From an uncultured Candidatus Rokubacteria bacterium (GTDB lineage: Bacteria > Methylomirabilota > Methylomirabilia > Rokubacteriales > CSP1-6): a stretch of 64,000 nt of DNA. Positions within the stretch are counted from its first letter, which is position 1, and the number at the start of each line of letters is the position of its first letter. The notes under the pieces were generated by a model that was not told the DNA's origin, did not search any database, and was given only the letters and a program-made list of their open reading frames with translations. Shown here piece by piece: positions 52,891 to 62,990 of this stretch. Both the position numbers and the translations under genes were made by a program. The stretch spans positions 779,215 to 843,214 of the forward strand of contig CAVWWD010000008.1 in the NCBI GenBank assembly GCA_963758635.1, given 5' to 3'.

Positions 52891-54753
52891 TCACGAGGCG
52901 GCGGCGTCCAGGTGGCGCGCGAGGAGCGCGCGCGTCATGCCCTCGACGGTGGGCGTGTCGAGCGCGGCGGCCACGTTGACCTCCACGCCGAGATCGTCGC
53001 CGAGTCGCCACGCGAGCTCGGTGGCGAGGAGCGAGTTCCCGCCGAGCTCGAGGAAGTCGTCGTGCACGCCGACCCGGTCGATCCCGAGCACGGCGGCCCA
53101 CGCCCGGGCCACCCGCTCCTCGAAGGGGTCGCGCGGGGCCACGAACGGCGTGTCGAGGACGGGTCGCACCGGCGGCGGCGCGGGCAGGGCGAGGCGATCG
53201 ACCTTGTCGTTGGCCAGGTGCGGGAGCGCCTCCATCCGCACGATGGTCGCGGGCAGCATCTCGCTCGCCATGGTGGCGGCCAGCGCGCGCCGGATGGTCC
53301 CGTCGCCCGGGCCCGGCGGCTCCTGCGGCACGACGTAGGCCACCAGGGTAGACTCCCCGGCGGGATCCGTCCGCGCGATCACCGCGGCCTCCCGGATGGA
53401 CGGCAGCTCGAGCAGCGCGTTCTCCACCTCGACCGGCGCGATCAGCTTGCCGCGGATCTTCACCTGGAAGTCCTTCCGGCCCAGGTGGACCAGACAGCCG
53501 TCGGCGCCCATCCGGCCGAGGTCGCCGGTCAGGTAGAGGCACTCGCCGGCGGCGCCCGGCACGTCGAGGAAGCGCGCCGCGGTGAGGGCGGGCTGCCGCC
53601 AGTAGCCGCGGGCCATGTAGCGGCTCCGCACCGCGATCTCGCCGACCTCGCCGTCGGGCACGGGCCGCCGCTCGTCGTCGAGGACGACGACCTCCTTGTC
53701 CGGCGCGGGGTAGCCGACGGGCACTGCGTGGGTGGCGAGCCGCGTCTGCTTGTCGATGAAGCAATGGCGGATGACGTGCGCCTCGGCGCTCCCGAGCCCG
53801 TTGCGCAGGATGCAGCCGGACGCTAGGCGGCTCTGGTAGAGCTCGGCGTCGCTGCGGAGCATCTGGTCTCCGCCGAGCCGGACGAGGCGCAGCGCGGGGG
53901 CGAACTCGCCCTCGGGCAGATCGGCTCGCCCACGTCCGGAAGATGGCGGGAATCGAGCAGTAGCAGGTGATGCCTTCGTCGAGGATCCAGCCGGGCAGCG
54001 CGGCGATGCCGTGAGACCCCACCGAGTACGGCAGGACCGCGGCGCCGTTCAGGAGCGCGGTGAAGACGTCGCTGGCCGCGGGGTTGGTCGTGACGGCGTT
54101 CAGGAGCGAGACCCGATCGTGGCACGAGTAGTAGGCGCTGTTCGTGTACGTCATCGTGTAGTGCAGCACCTCGCGGTGGTCGATCATGACGCCCTTGGCC
54201 CCGCCCGTGGAGCCCGAGGTGAAGATGACGTAGGCGAGGGCGTCCGGCGGGATGGCGAGGCCGGGATCGCCGGCGCGCGCGGCCGCGCTCTCCGCCTCGG
54301 CATCGAGGACGGCGACGCCGTCGCCCGCGGCGGCGCGCGCCTGGGCCAGGCCGGCGCGGTCGGTGAGCAGCACACGCGCGTCCAGGTCGGCGATGAGATC
54401 GCGGAGCCGGGCGGCGGGCTGGCCGGGATCGAGCGGCGCGTAGAGCTTGCCCGCCTTCAGCACGCCCAGGAGCGACACGACGAAGGGGATGCCGAGCTCG
54501 AACAGCAGCGCCACGGGCGCGGCGCCGCGCCGAAGCGGTCGAGGAGCGCGTGCGCCACCTGGTTGGCGGCGGCGTCCAGCTCGGCGTAGCTCAGCGCGCG
54601 GCCGCCCGCCTTGACGGCGAGGCGGCCGGGATGCGCCCGCGCCATCTTCGCGAAGCGCGCGGGGATCGACTGCTCGACCTCGGCCGAGGCGAACGGCACG
54701 AAGCCCCGCGGAGCGGGGCCGGCGTCAGGTCGCGGGCCTTCGCGTGCGCTCAT
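52891..54753 (-). pseudogene. stand-alone NRPS-like adenylation-thiolation (A-T) didomain, at least 2 frameshifts
   Basis: Three frames join into one A-T protein. Piece 1: ...LSYAELDAAANQVAHALLDRFGAAPRP (shift ~54515). Piece 2: VALLFELGIPFVVSLLGVLKAGKLYAPLDP...YVIFTSGSTGGAKGV... (shift ~53915). Piece 3: DLPEGEFAPALRLVRLGGD...YLTGDLG...GRKDFQVKIRG...NDKVDR... carrier motif FLELGGNSLLA. Confidence 0.75.
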
Positions 54754-54857
54754 GACGCGGCGATGATGAGCCGGCGCGGAGCGCGGCGTCAAGTAACCTG
54801 CAACTCGCCGACGCTCGAAGCGCCCCGGCGCCAGCCGGCCGGGGCGCTTCGGACGGC

Positions 54858-55342
54858 TTACTTCATGTTGTCGATCCCGGCCTGGGCGATCTGGGCGTCT
54901 TGCTGGGACGTGACGCCGGAGACGCCCACCGCGCCGATGATCTTGCCGTCGGCCACGATCGGGATGCCGCCCTCGAGCACGCTGTAGCGGATCGTGAGGA
55001 GGCGCAGGTTGGCGCCGCCCTGCCGACAGCGTCCTGGAACACCTTCGTGGGCCGGCGCAGCGCGACGGCCGAGCGCGCCTTCTCCTTGGCGATATCGACG
55101 CTACCCCACTGGGCGTTGTCGAGGCGCTGGAGCATGACGAGCTGCCCGCCGGAGTCCAGGATGGCGATCACCACGGGCCAGTTGTTCTTCTTGGCCTCGG
55201 CCTCGGCGCCCGCCATGATCTTCTTCGCCTGCTCCAGGCCGATCGGGACTCCGTACGGCGGCGGCGCCTGCGCGCTGGCCGTGGCGGCGACGCAGAGCAT
55301 CAGCGCGGCGAGGACGACGGTGAGCGGTCGGGTCATCTGCAT
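54858..55342 (-). CDS. GlcG/HbpS-like (DUF336) protein with signal peptide, one apparent -1 frameshift near 55022
   Basis: MQMTRPLTVVLAALMLCVAATASA...WPVVIAILDSGGQLVMLQRLDNAQ...KVFQDAV then, out of frame, GGANLRLLTIRYSVLEGGIPIVADGKIIGAVGVSGVTSQQDAQIAQAGIDNMK-stop (54860-54858). Confidence 0.75.
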
Positions 55343-55370
55343 TGGCGTCTCCTTCTCGGGGGTGGAGGGT

Positions 55371-56150
55371 TCAGGACAGCATCCAGTGCCCGCCGTCCAC
55401 GCTGATGGTCTGGCCGGTGATCCACGCCGCGTCGTCGGACGCGAAGAAGCGGACGGCGCGGGCGATGTCCTCCGGGGTGCCGAGGCGGCGCAGCGCGATG
55501 GACTCGACGAGGGCGCGCTGGCCGGCCTCGCCCATGGCGTGCCACTGGGCCTCGGAGGCGGGGTTCGAGCGGATGAACCCCGGGGCGATGCAGTTGACGC
55601 GGATGCCGTGCTGCCCCAGCTCGCGCGCGGTCTGGCGCGTGAAGCCGATCAGCCCGGCCTTGGCGCTGGCGTAGGCCTGGATGCCGGTCAGGCTGTAGGA
55701 GCGCCCGGCGCCCGACGAGATGTTCACGATCGCGCCGCCGCCCTGCCGCTTCATGGCCGGCGTGACCGCGCGCGTGAAGTGGAAGGCGCCGTCGAGGTTG
55801 ATGGCGAAGATCACCCGCCAGTCCGCGTCCGAGACCTCCTCGACCGGGCGCATGGTCTGGCCGGCCACGCCGCCCGCGGTGTTGACCAGCACGTCGATCC
55901 GCCCCGCCGACTCGAGCACGCCGGCGACGAACGCGGCCACCGCCGCCGCGTCACGCACGTCGACCACGCCGGCGCGGCACGACCCCGCGGCGACGGCGTC
56001 CACGGCGGCGCGCGTGGCGTCCAGCTCGGCGGCGCGCACGTCGCACGCCCACACGCCCGCGCCCTCGCGCGCGAGCTCGGCGGCGATGCCCCGGCCGATG
56101 CCGTGGGCGGCGCCGGTCACGATGGCCACGCGCCCGGACAGCGAGGCCAT
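55371..56150 (-). CDS. SDR family oxidoreductase (FabG-like)
   Basis: 259 aa: VTGAAHGIGRGIA, NTAG, catalytic YASAKAG, PGFIRS. Confidence 0.9.
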   Translation of the reverse strand: MASLSGRVAIVTGAAHGIGRGIAAELAREGAGVWACDVRAAELDATRAAVDAVAAGSCRAGVVDVRDAAAVAAFVAGVLESAGRIDVLVNTAGGVAGQTMRPVEEVSDADWRVIFAINLDGAFHFTRAVTPAMKRQGGGAIVNISSGAGRSYSLTGIQAYASAKAGLIGFTRQTARELGQHGIRVNCIAPGFIRSNPASEAQWHAMGEAGQRALVESIALRRLGTPEDIARAVRFFASDDAAWITGQTISVDGGHWMLS

Positions 56151-56152
56151 CG

Positions 56153-57046
56153 CTACACCTGCCCGCGCAGGCGGGGATCCAGCGCGTCGCGCAGCCCGTC
56201 GCCCAGGAGGTTGAAGGCGAGCACGGAGACCATGATGGCGAGCCCCGGGATGGTGGCCACGTGCGGGGCGACCAGGAGCAGGTCGCGCCCCGTCGAGACC
56301 ATCAGGCCCCACGACGGCGTGGGGGGCTGCACGCCGAGGCCCAGGAAGGACAGCGCGGCCTCCACGAGGATCGCGTTGGCCATGAACAGGGTCGAGTACA
56401 CGATCACCGTGGGCAGGATGTTGCGCAGCACGTGACGCATCAGCACCTCCCGCGTGGACGCGCCCAGGGCCCGGGCGGCGTGGACGTACTCGGTCTCGCG
56501 CGCGCCGAGCACGGCGCCGCGCACGATGCGGATGACGGCCGGCGTGCCCCAGATGCCGACGGCGATGGTGGTGTTCAGCACGCCCGTCCCCAGCGCGGAG
56601 ACCACGGCGATGGCGAGCAGGAGGTAGGGGAACGCCAGGAGCACCTCCGTGGCTCGCATCACGATGGCGTCCACCCAGCCGCCCGCAAAGCCGGCGAGAC
56701 AGCCGAGGGTGAGCCCCAGCAGCAGCGCGATGGCCACCGAGAGCAGGCCCACCACCAGCGCCACGCGGGTGCCGTAGATCACGCGGGAGAGGATGTCGCG
56801 GCCGAACTCGTCGGCGCCGAGGAGGAACTTGCCCCCGGGCCGCGTTCGCTTCTCGATGAGGCTCTGCTTCGCGGGGTCGGCGGGAGCCAGCCACGGGGCA
56901 CCCGCCGCGGCGATCAGGAGCAGGCCGGCGATGACGAGGCCGACGAGGGCGAGGCGGTTGCCGCGGAAGCGCCGCCACGCGTCCGTCGCAAGAGTGGCGG
57001 AGGTCCCGGTCGCCGGCGCCGGGCGTGCCGCCGCGATCGCCATCAT
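56153..57046 (-). CDS. ABC transporter permease (DppC/OppC-like)
   Basis: ATGA overlap with the upstream permease. GADEFGRDILSRVIYG, EYVHAARALGAS, typical C-terminal LGDGLRDALDPRL. Confidence 0.9.
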   Translation of the reverse strand: MMAIAAARPAPATGTSATLATDAWRRFRGNRLALVGLVIAGLLLIAAAGAPWLAPADPAKQSLIEKRTRPGGKFLLGADEFGRDILSRVIYGTRVALVVGLLSVAIALLLGLTLGCLAGFAGGWVDAIVMRATEVLLAFPYLLLAIAVVSALGTGVLNTTIAVGIWGTPAVIRIVRGAVLGARETEYVHAARALGASTREVLMRHVLRNILPTVIVYSTLFMANAILVEAALSFLGLGVQPPTPSWGLMVSTGRDLLLVAPHVATIPGLAIMVSVLAFNLLGDGLRDALDPRLRGQV

Positions 57047-57966
57047 CCCTGCCGCGACACGCGAGGGTCCAGCGCCCCGTAGGCGAGGTCCACCGCGAGG
57101 TTGATCAGGACGAAGGCGAGGGCGAAGACGAGCACCGCGCCCTGCAGCAGGACGTAGTCGCGCGCGAAGATGGCCTTGACCATGAGGCGGCCCAGGCCCG
57201 GCCACGCGAACACCGTCTCCGTGAGCACGGCCCCGCCCATGAGCTGACCCGCCTGGAGCCCGAGCAGCGTCAGGATCGGGATCGCGGCGTTCCGGAGCGC
57301 GTGCTTGGCCACCACCAGCCGCTCGGCCACGCCCTTGGCGCGCGCCGTCCGCACGTAGTCCTCGCGCAGCACCTCGAGGACGCTCGAGCGCGTCATGCGC
57401 GCGAGCATGGCCACGGACGGGAGCGCGAGCGTCACGGCGGGCAGGACCAGGTGCGCGGGCGTGCCCACGCCGCCCACGGGCAGCCAGGGGAGCCACAGCG
57501 CGAAGACCACGATCAGCACGAGCCCCGTCCAGAACACGGGCATGGACAGGCCGAACAGCGAGGCGAGCCGGGCGATCCCGTCGAAGAACGAGTTCGGCCA
57601 CACCGCCGACACCACCCCCGCGGTCACGCCGCCCAGGGCGGCGATCGCGAGCGCGGCGATGGTGAGCTGGAGCGTGGCCGGCCACGCATCGGCCAGCTCG
57701 TCGACCACGGGACGGTTCTGCTGGATCGAGCGCCCGAGGTCGCCCTTGACGAGGCGGCCCACGTACTCCACGTAGCGGATGGGCAGGGGCTTGTCGAGGC
57801 CCAGGTGGTCCCGCAGGCGGGCCACGGCGTCCTTGGTGGCGTGCTCGCCGAGCATGAGGGCCACGGCGTCGCCCGGGATCAGCTCCACGGTGAGCATCAC
57901 CACGAAGACGACGCCGAGCAGCACGGGCACGGCGAGCAGCAGCCGGCGCAGGACGAAGGTCAGCAT
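57043..57966 (-). CDS. ABC transporter permease (DppB/OppB-like)
   Basis: 307 aa: MLTFVLRRLLLAVPVLLGVVFVVM, DYVRTARAKG, DLAYGALDPRV. Confidence 0.9.
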   Translation of the reverse strand: MLTFVLRRLLLAVPVLLGVVFVVMLTVELIPGDAVALMLGEHATKDAVARLRDHLGLDKPLPIRYVEYVGRLVKGDLGRSIQQNRPVVDELADAWPATLQLTIAALAIAALGGVTAGVVSAVWPNSFFDGIARLASLFGLSMPVFWTGLVLIVVFALWLPWLPVGGVGTPAHLVLPAVTLALPSVAMLARMTRSSVLEVLREDYVRTARAKGVAERLVVAKHALRNAAIPILTLLGLQAGQLMGGAVLTETVFAWPGLGRLMVKAIFARDYVLLQGAVLVFALAFVLINLAVDLAYGALDPRVSRQG

Positions 57967-58059
57967 CGATGCGCGGCGCCGGCGCGCGCGGGCCGCCCGA
58001 TGGCCGGCCCGCGGGTCACGGCCATCGGGCGCGCCGCCCCGGCGTGGCGCCCGGGGGCG

Positions 58060-59649
58060 CTACTTGTCCAGCCAGGTCTTCCCCAGCCAGAGGTTGTACT
58101 CGACGGGGTGGACGGCGAAGCCCTTCACGGCGGCGCGGGAGGCGATGATCTCCTTGGTGGTGTAGACGGGGATCCACACCATCTCCTTGGCGATGATGTC
58201 CTGGGCCTCGGCGTAGAGCTTCTCCCGCTCGGACTGGTTCAGGCTGCGGCGCGCCTGCTCGACCAGGGTGTCGATCTTCGGGTTCACGTAGCGCGACGTG
58301 TTCCAGCCCGTGGGCGGCGCCTGCTTGGAGTGGAACAGCGCGTACATGGAATAGTCGGCGTCGGCGTTCGACGTCACCCAGCCGAGCGTGAAGAGGTTGT
58401 GGGCGAGGGTGGCCGCGCGCACCTGCTGGAACACCGCGGCCCACTCGAGGAACTGCACCTTGGCCTCGATGCCGACCTCCTTGAGCATGGCCTGCACGGC
58501 CTCGGTGATCTCGCCGTCCTTCGGGTAGCGGCCGCGCGCGGCGAGCCACGACAGGGTGAGCCGCTGGCCGCCCTTCTGCATGATCCCGTCCGGGCCCGGC
58601 GCCCATCCCGCCTGGGTGAGGAGGGCCTTGGCCTTGGCGCGGTCGAACGGGTACAGGCGGTCCAGGTTCATGTCCTTGAAGCCGAAGACGCCGGGCGCGA
58701 GCACGCCGCGCGCGGGCGCGGCCGAGCCCTCCATGATGTTCTCGAGGATGGTCTTCCGGTCCACGGCGTGGAGCATGGCGCTCCGGACGCGCACGTCGTC
58801 GAGCGGCGGCTGGCCGGCGTGCATGCCGATGAACACCACGCGGATGCCGCCCACCTCGTGCACGGTGAACTTCGAGTCCTTCCGGAGCGTGGGGAGCTGG
58901 GTGGGGGCGGGGAACAGCACCATGTCGGCGTCGCCGGTCTGGAGCGCGATCATGCGCGCCCCTTCCTCCGGCACCACCTTGAACACCACGCGGTCGAGGA
59001 GCGCCTTGTCGCCCCAGTAGTCCGGGTTCCGCTCGATGATCACGTGGGTGTTGGTCTTCCACTCCACGAACTTGAACGGGCCGGTGCCCACCGGCGCGCG
59101 GCTGAACGCGTCGCCCATCTTCTGCACCGCGGTGGGCGACACGATGCCCACGCAGTACATGGCGAGCGTGCGCAGGATCGGCCCGTACGGGTCCTTGGTG
59201 AGGACGTCCACGGTGAGGTCGTCGACGACCTCGGCCCCGCTCAGCGAGCCGGCGAGGCTCGCCCAGCGCGCCGGAGGCGTGCCCTTGAGCGCCCGGTCGA
59301 ACGTGAACTTCACCGCGGCGGCGTTGAACGGGGTGCCGTCGTGGAACTTCACGTTGGGCCGGAGCTTGAAGCGGACCTTGGTGGGCGACATGACCTCCCA
59401 CGACGTGGCGAGCGAGGGCTTCACCTGCATCTTGTCGTCGAGGGTCAGGAGCCCCTCGAGCATGTTGAAGTACACCCACGCCCCCGGCGCCGTGGTCTCG
59501 AGGTTCGGATCGAGCGACACGGGATCGGTGGGCCGGACGATGGTGAGCGTGCCCCCCCGCTTCTGGGCGAGCGCGGTGTCCACGGAGCCGAGCCCCACCG
59601 TGACGACGGCGGCCACGGCGAGCAGTGCGCGAAGGACGAAGCGGGTCAT
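58060..59649 (-). CDS. ABC transporter substrate-binding protein, family 5 (peptide/nickel type)
   Basis: ATG 59649 after AGGAGG, with a signal peptide. GGTLTIVRPTDPVSLDPN, GTGPFKFVEW, NPDYWG. Confidence 0.9.
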   Translation of the reverse strand: MTRFVLRALLAVAAVVTVGLGSVDTALAQKRGGTLTIVRPTDPVSLDPNLETTAPGAWVYFNMLEGLLTLDDKMQVKPSLATSWEVMSPTKVRFKLRPNVKFHDGTPFNAAAVKFTFDRALKGTPPARWASLAGSLSGAEVVDDLTVDVLTKDPYGPILRTLAMYCVGIVSPTAVQKMGDAFSRAPVGTGPFKFVEWKTNTHVIIERNPDYWGDKALLDRVVFKVVPEEGARMIALQTGDADMVLFPAPTQLPTLRKDSKFTVHEVGGIRVVFIGMHAGQPPLDDVRVRSAMLHAVDRKTILENIMEGSAAPARGVLAPGVFGFKDMNLDRLYPFDRAKAKALLTQAGWAPGPDGIMQKGGQRLTLSWLAARGRYPKDGEITEAVQAMLKEVGIEAKVQFLEWAAVFQQVRAATLAHNLFTLGWVTSNADADYSMYALFHSKQAPPTGWNTSRYVNPKIDTLVEQARRSLNQSEREKLYAEAQDIIAKEMVWIPVYTTKEIIASRAAVKGFAVHPVEYNLWLGKTWLDK

Positions 59650-59898
59650 GGAGTGCCTCCTGTGGCGTGGCGGGGCGCGGCGGTCAACCGTGGTCGTCGT
59701 GCTCGGGTTGCGTAGACGGTGATGGGCATCGCGTCCCCGGAGTATCACAGGGCCTCCGGACCCGTCAACGGCGGCGGCGCGAGCGCGGGGTGGCGCCCTC
59801 CGCGCCAGGATTCGGTTGACAGCCACCGACCGCGGTGCCTACCATCCGGCGTCGATGTTCGCCTCTTGCCTCTCATCCCCGACACCCGGAGGAAGGTC

Positions 59899-61177
59899 AT
59901 GAGCACTCGACGAGATTTCCTTACCGTGACCCTCGCCGGCATGGCCGGCACCGCGCTCGGCCGTCTCGCGCGGCCGCGGCGCCCAAGTCGATGAGCGTGG
60001 TGCACGAGAGCTCGTTCATCAAGGCGTTCGACGACTTCTTCGTGCAGAAGCTCGCCCCGGAGTACGAGAAGCAGACCGGTATCAAGATCAACTACGAGCC
60101 GGTCAGCGTGGGCAGCATGCTCACCCGGCTCACCACGATCGCCGAGACGAAGTCGGGGCCGGAGATCACGGCCACCGGCCTCAACTGGCCGCACCTCTTC
60201 GACAAGAGCCTCGTCGACGTCACCGACATCGCGACGAGAGGTGGGCAAGAAGCTCGGCGGCTGGCACGACAACATCCACGACGCCGTCGTCGTCAACAAG
60301 AAGTGGAAGGCCCTGCCGTGGGGCAACATCGGCCAGCTCGAGGTGTACCGCACGGACTGGTTCAAGGAGGCCGGCGTCAACAAGTTCCCGGACAACTGGG
60401 AGGACCTCCTCTCGGCCGGGCGCCTCCTGAAGAAGAAAGGCCATCCGTTCGGGTTCGAGCTGGGGCACGGCTTCGGCGACAACCACGGCTGGCTCTACCC
60501 GCTGCTCTGGTCCTACGGCGGGCGCGAGGTGGACAAGGACGGCAAGACGGTGCTGATCGACTCCTCGGAGACCGCGGCTGCCGTCGACTTCTGTCGCCGC
60601 TTCTACAAGGAGACCATGTTCGAGGACGTTCCTGGGCTGGACGGACGTGAACAACAACAAGGCGTACCTCGGCGAGCAGATCTCCTGCACCAACAACGCC
60701 ATGTCCATCCTGATCGTCGCCAAGCGGGACTTCCCGGAGATCGCCAAGGTCACCGATCACGGCCTCAACCCGCAAGGGCCCGAAGGGCCGCTTCCACGTC
60801 TACAACGCTCAGTCGCACGCGCTCCTGACCGACGCCCCGGACCAGGCGGCGGCGAAGGCGTTCCTGCGCTGGCTCTACGACGACAAGCAGCTGTCCGCGT
60901 GGCTCGTGTCCGGCGACGCGTACTACGCCCCGTACCTGCACGGATACGACAACCACGCGATGTGGAACGATGGATCCGCGCTACGCGCCGTACAAGGAAT
61001 GCCTCAAGACCTCACGGCTGCACGGCTGGCCGGGACCTCCGGGACAACCAGGCGTCGGAGAGCGTGGCCAAGTACGTGCTCGTGGACATGTTCGCGAAGG
61101 CGTGCCAGGGCACATCCACGAAAGAGGTCATCGCCACCGCCGCCGCCCAGCTCAAGCAGATCTACAAGACGAGGTAG
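59899..61177 (+). pseudogene. CUT1-type sugar ABC substrate-binding protein (Tat signal), ~6 frameshifts
   Basis: MSTRRDFLTVTLAGMAGTALG. Segments in successive frames join into one family-1 SBP, ending ...AKYVLVDMFAKACQGTSTKEVIATAAAQLKQIYKTR. Shifts lie near 59975, 60235, 60631, 60785, 60969 and 61039. Confidence 0.75.
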
Positions 61178-61252
61178 GCCGATGGCCGTCGGCCCCGCGT
61201 CGATCGCCCGGCCCGCACCCGCCGCGGGCCGGGCGGGCTCGCTGCGGGGAAT

Positions 61253-62125
61253 GTGGTCGAGCGCGAGGGCGTCTTCAGCTGGCTCATGCTGGCGCCCGGC
61301 GTCCTCTTTCTCCTCGCGTTCGTCGCGTACCCGTTCTTCTACGGTATCTACCTGAGCCTGCAGCACCGGCCGGTGGCCCAGCCCGGCGTGTTCGTGGGGC
61401 TGGCCAACTTCGTCTCGCTCTTGCACGAGAGCGGTGTTCTGGCAGGTCACGCGGAACACCCTCCTCTACGTCTCCGTCACGACGGTGCTCAAGCTCCTCG
61501 GCGGGACTCGCGATGGCCTTGATCGTGAACCAGAGCTTCCGGGGGCGCGGCATCGTGCGGGCGTTCCTGCTCCTGCCGATTCATCGTGCCCACCGTGCTA
61601 CAGCACCATCGCGTGGATGTGGATCTTCGACCCCACGTTCAGCGTGCTGAACTGGGTGCTGGTGAACACGGGGGCGGTGAGCACGGGCTTCTCGTGGCTC
61701 GGCAACGCCACCCTCGCCATGGTGTCGATCATCGTGGTGAACACCTGGCGCGGCATCGCCGTTCTACGGCATCACCCTGCTTGCCGGGCTCCAGACCATC
61801 TCGCCCGATCTCTACGAGGCGGCGGCCATCGACGGGGCGAGCATCGCCCAGCGCTTCTGGTTCGTCGACGCTGCCGATCCTCAAGCCGATCCTGATCATC
61901 GTGACCATGTTCTCGGTGATCTTCACCTTCGCGGACTTCCAGATCGTCTACGCGCTGACCCATGGCGGGCCGGCCAACGCCACCCAGGTCCTCGTGACCT
62001 ACGCGTTCGACCTCGGCATGTCCGGTGGCCAGCTCGGGATGGGCGCGGCGGCGGCGCTGGCCATGCTGCCCGCCCTCGTGCTCGTGATCATCGGGCTCAC
62101 GCTCTACCTGCGGCGGGACGGATGA
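61253..62125 (+). pseudogene. sugar ABC permease (MalF/UgpA-like), ~6 frameshifts
   Basis: Pieces FSWLMLAPGVLFLLAFVAYPFFYGIYLSL / FWQVTRNTLLYVSVTTVLKLLGG / LAMALIVNQSFRGRGIVRAFLLLP / VPTVL / STIAWMWIFDP...NTWRGI / PFYGITLLAGLQTISPDLYEAAAIDGAS...RFWFV / TLPILKPILIIVTMFSV... Each lies one base further along in frame. The N-terminus is uncertain (possible ATG 61182). Confidence 0.7.
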
Positions 62126-62141
62126 TGCGGGGCCGGGCCTG

Positions 62142-62990
62142 ATGGTCGGCGCGCGCGGGTTCGCCGGCCGCGTCCTCCGGCTCTACCTGCCGCTCCTGGT
62201 GTGCCTGGTGGTGACGCTCTTTCCGTTCTACTGGATGCTCGTCACGTCGATCAAGCCGAACCGCGAGCTGTACAACGCCCGCGTGATGCCGCTCATCGTC
62301 CACCAGCCGACGCTGAAGCACTACTACGACCTGCTCTCGAGAGACGAACTTCCTCACGTGGACGTACAACACGATGCTGGTGGCCGTGGTCACCACCGCG
62401 ATCTCGCTCGTGCTGGGCACGATGATGGCGTACCCGCTGGCCCGCATGCGCTTCCCGGGGGCCGGCGGTGGTGGCCATCGGGGTGGCCGCCACCTACCTC
62501 GTGCCGCAACCACTGCTCTTCATCCCCATGGCCGACATCATCAACAAGCTGGAGCTGGGCAACACGCTGACCGCGGTCATGCTCACGTACCCCACGCTGT
62601 TGATCCCGTTCTGCGCGTGGCTGCTCATGGGCTACTTCAAGAGCGTGCCGCGGGAGCTGGAGGAGGCGGCGCGGATCGACGGGGCGAGCCGGTTTCAGGC
62701 CATGATCCGCGTGGTGCTGCCCCTCTGCACGCCCGGGCTCCTGTCCGCGGGGATCTTCGCCTTCACGCTGGCGCAGAACGAGTTCCTCTACGCTTTGATC
62801 TTCCTGGCCAAGAGCGAGGTGCGGACGGTGCCGGTGGGCGCCATCACCGAGCTGATCCGCGGCGACGTGTTCTACTGGGGCCAGCTCATGGCCGCCGCGC
62901 TCCTCGGCTCGGTGCCCTGTGGCCATCATCTACTCGTTCTTCGTGGACTACTACGTGGCCGGCCTCACCGCGGGCTCGGTCAAGAGCTGA
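62142..62990 (+). pseudogene. sugar ABC permease (MalG/UgpE-like), 3 frameshifts
   Basis: Pieces LFPFYWMLVTSIKPNRELY...YDLLS / ETNFLTWTYNTMLVAVVTTAISLVLGTMMAYPLARMRFPGA / VVAIGVAATYLVPQ...EEAARIDGASRFQ...LLGSVP / VAIIYSFFVDYYVAGLTAGSVKS-stop. Shifts near 62340, 62465 and 62920. Confidence 0.75.
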
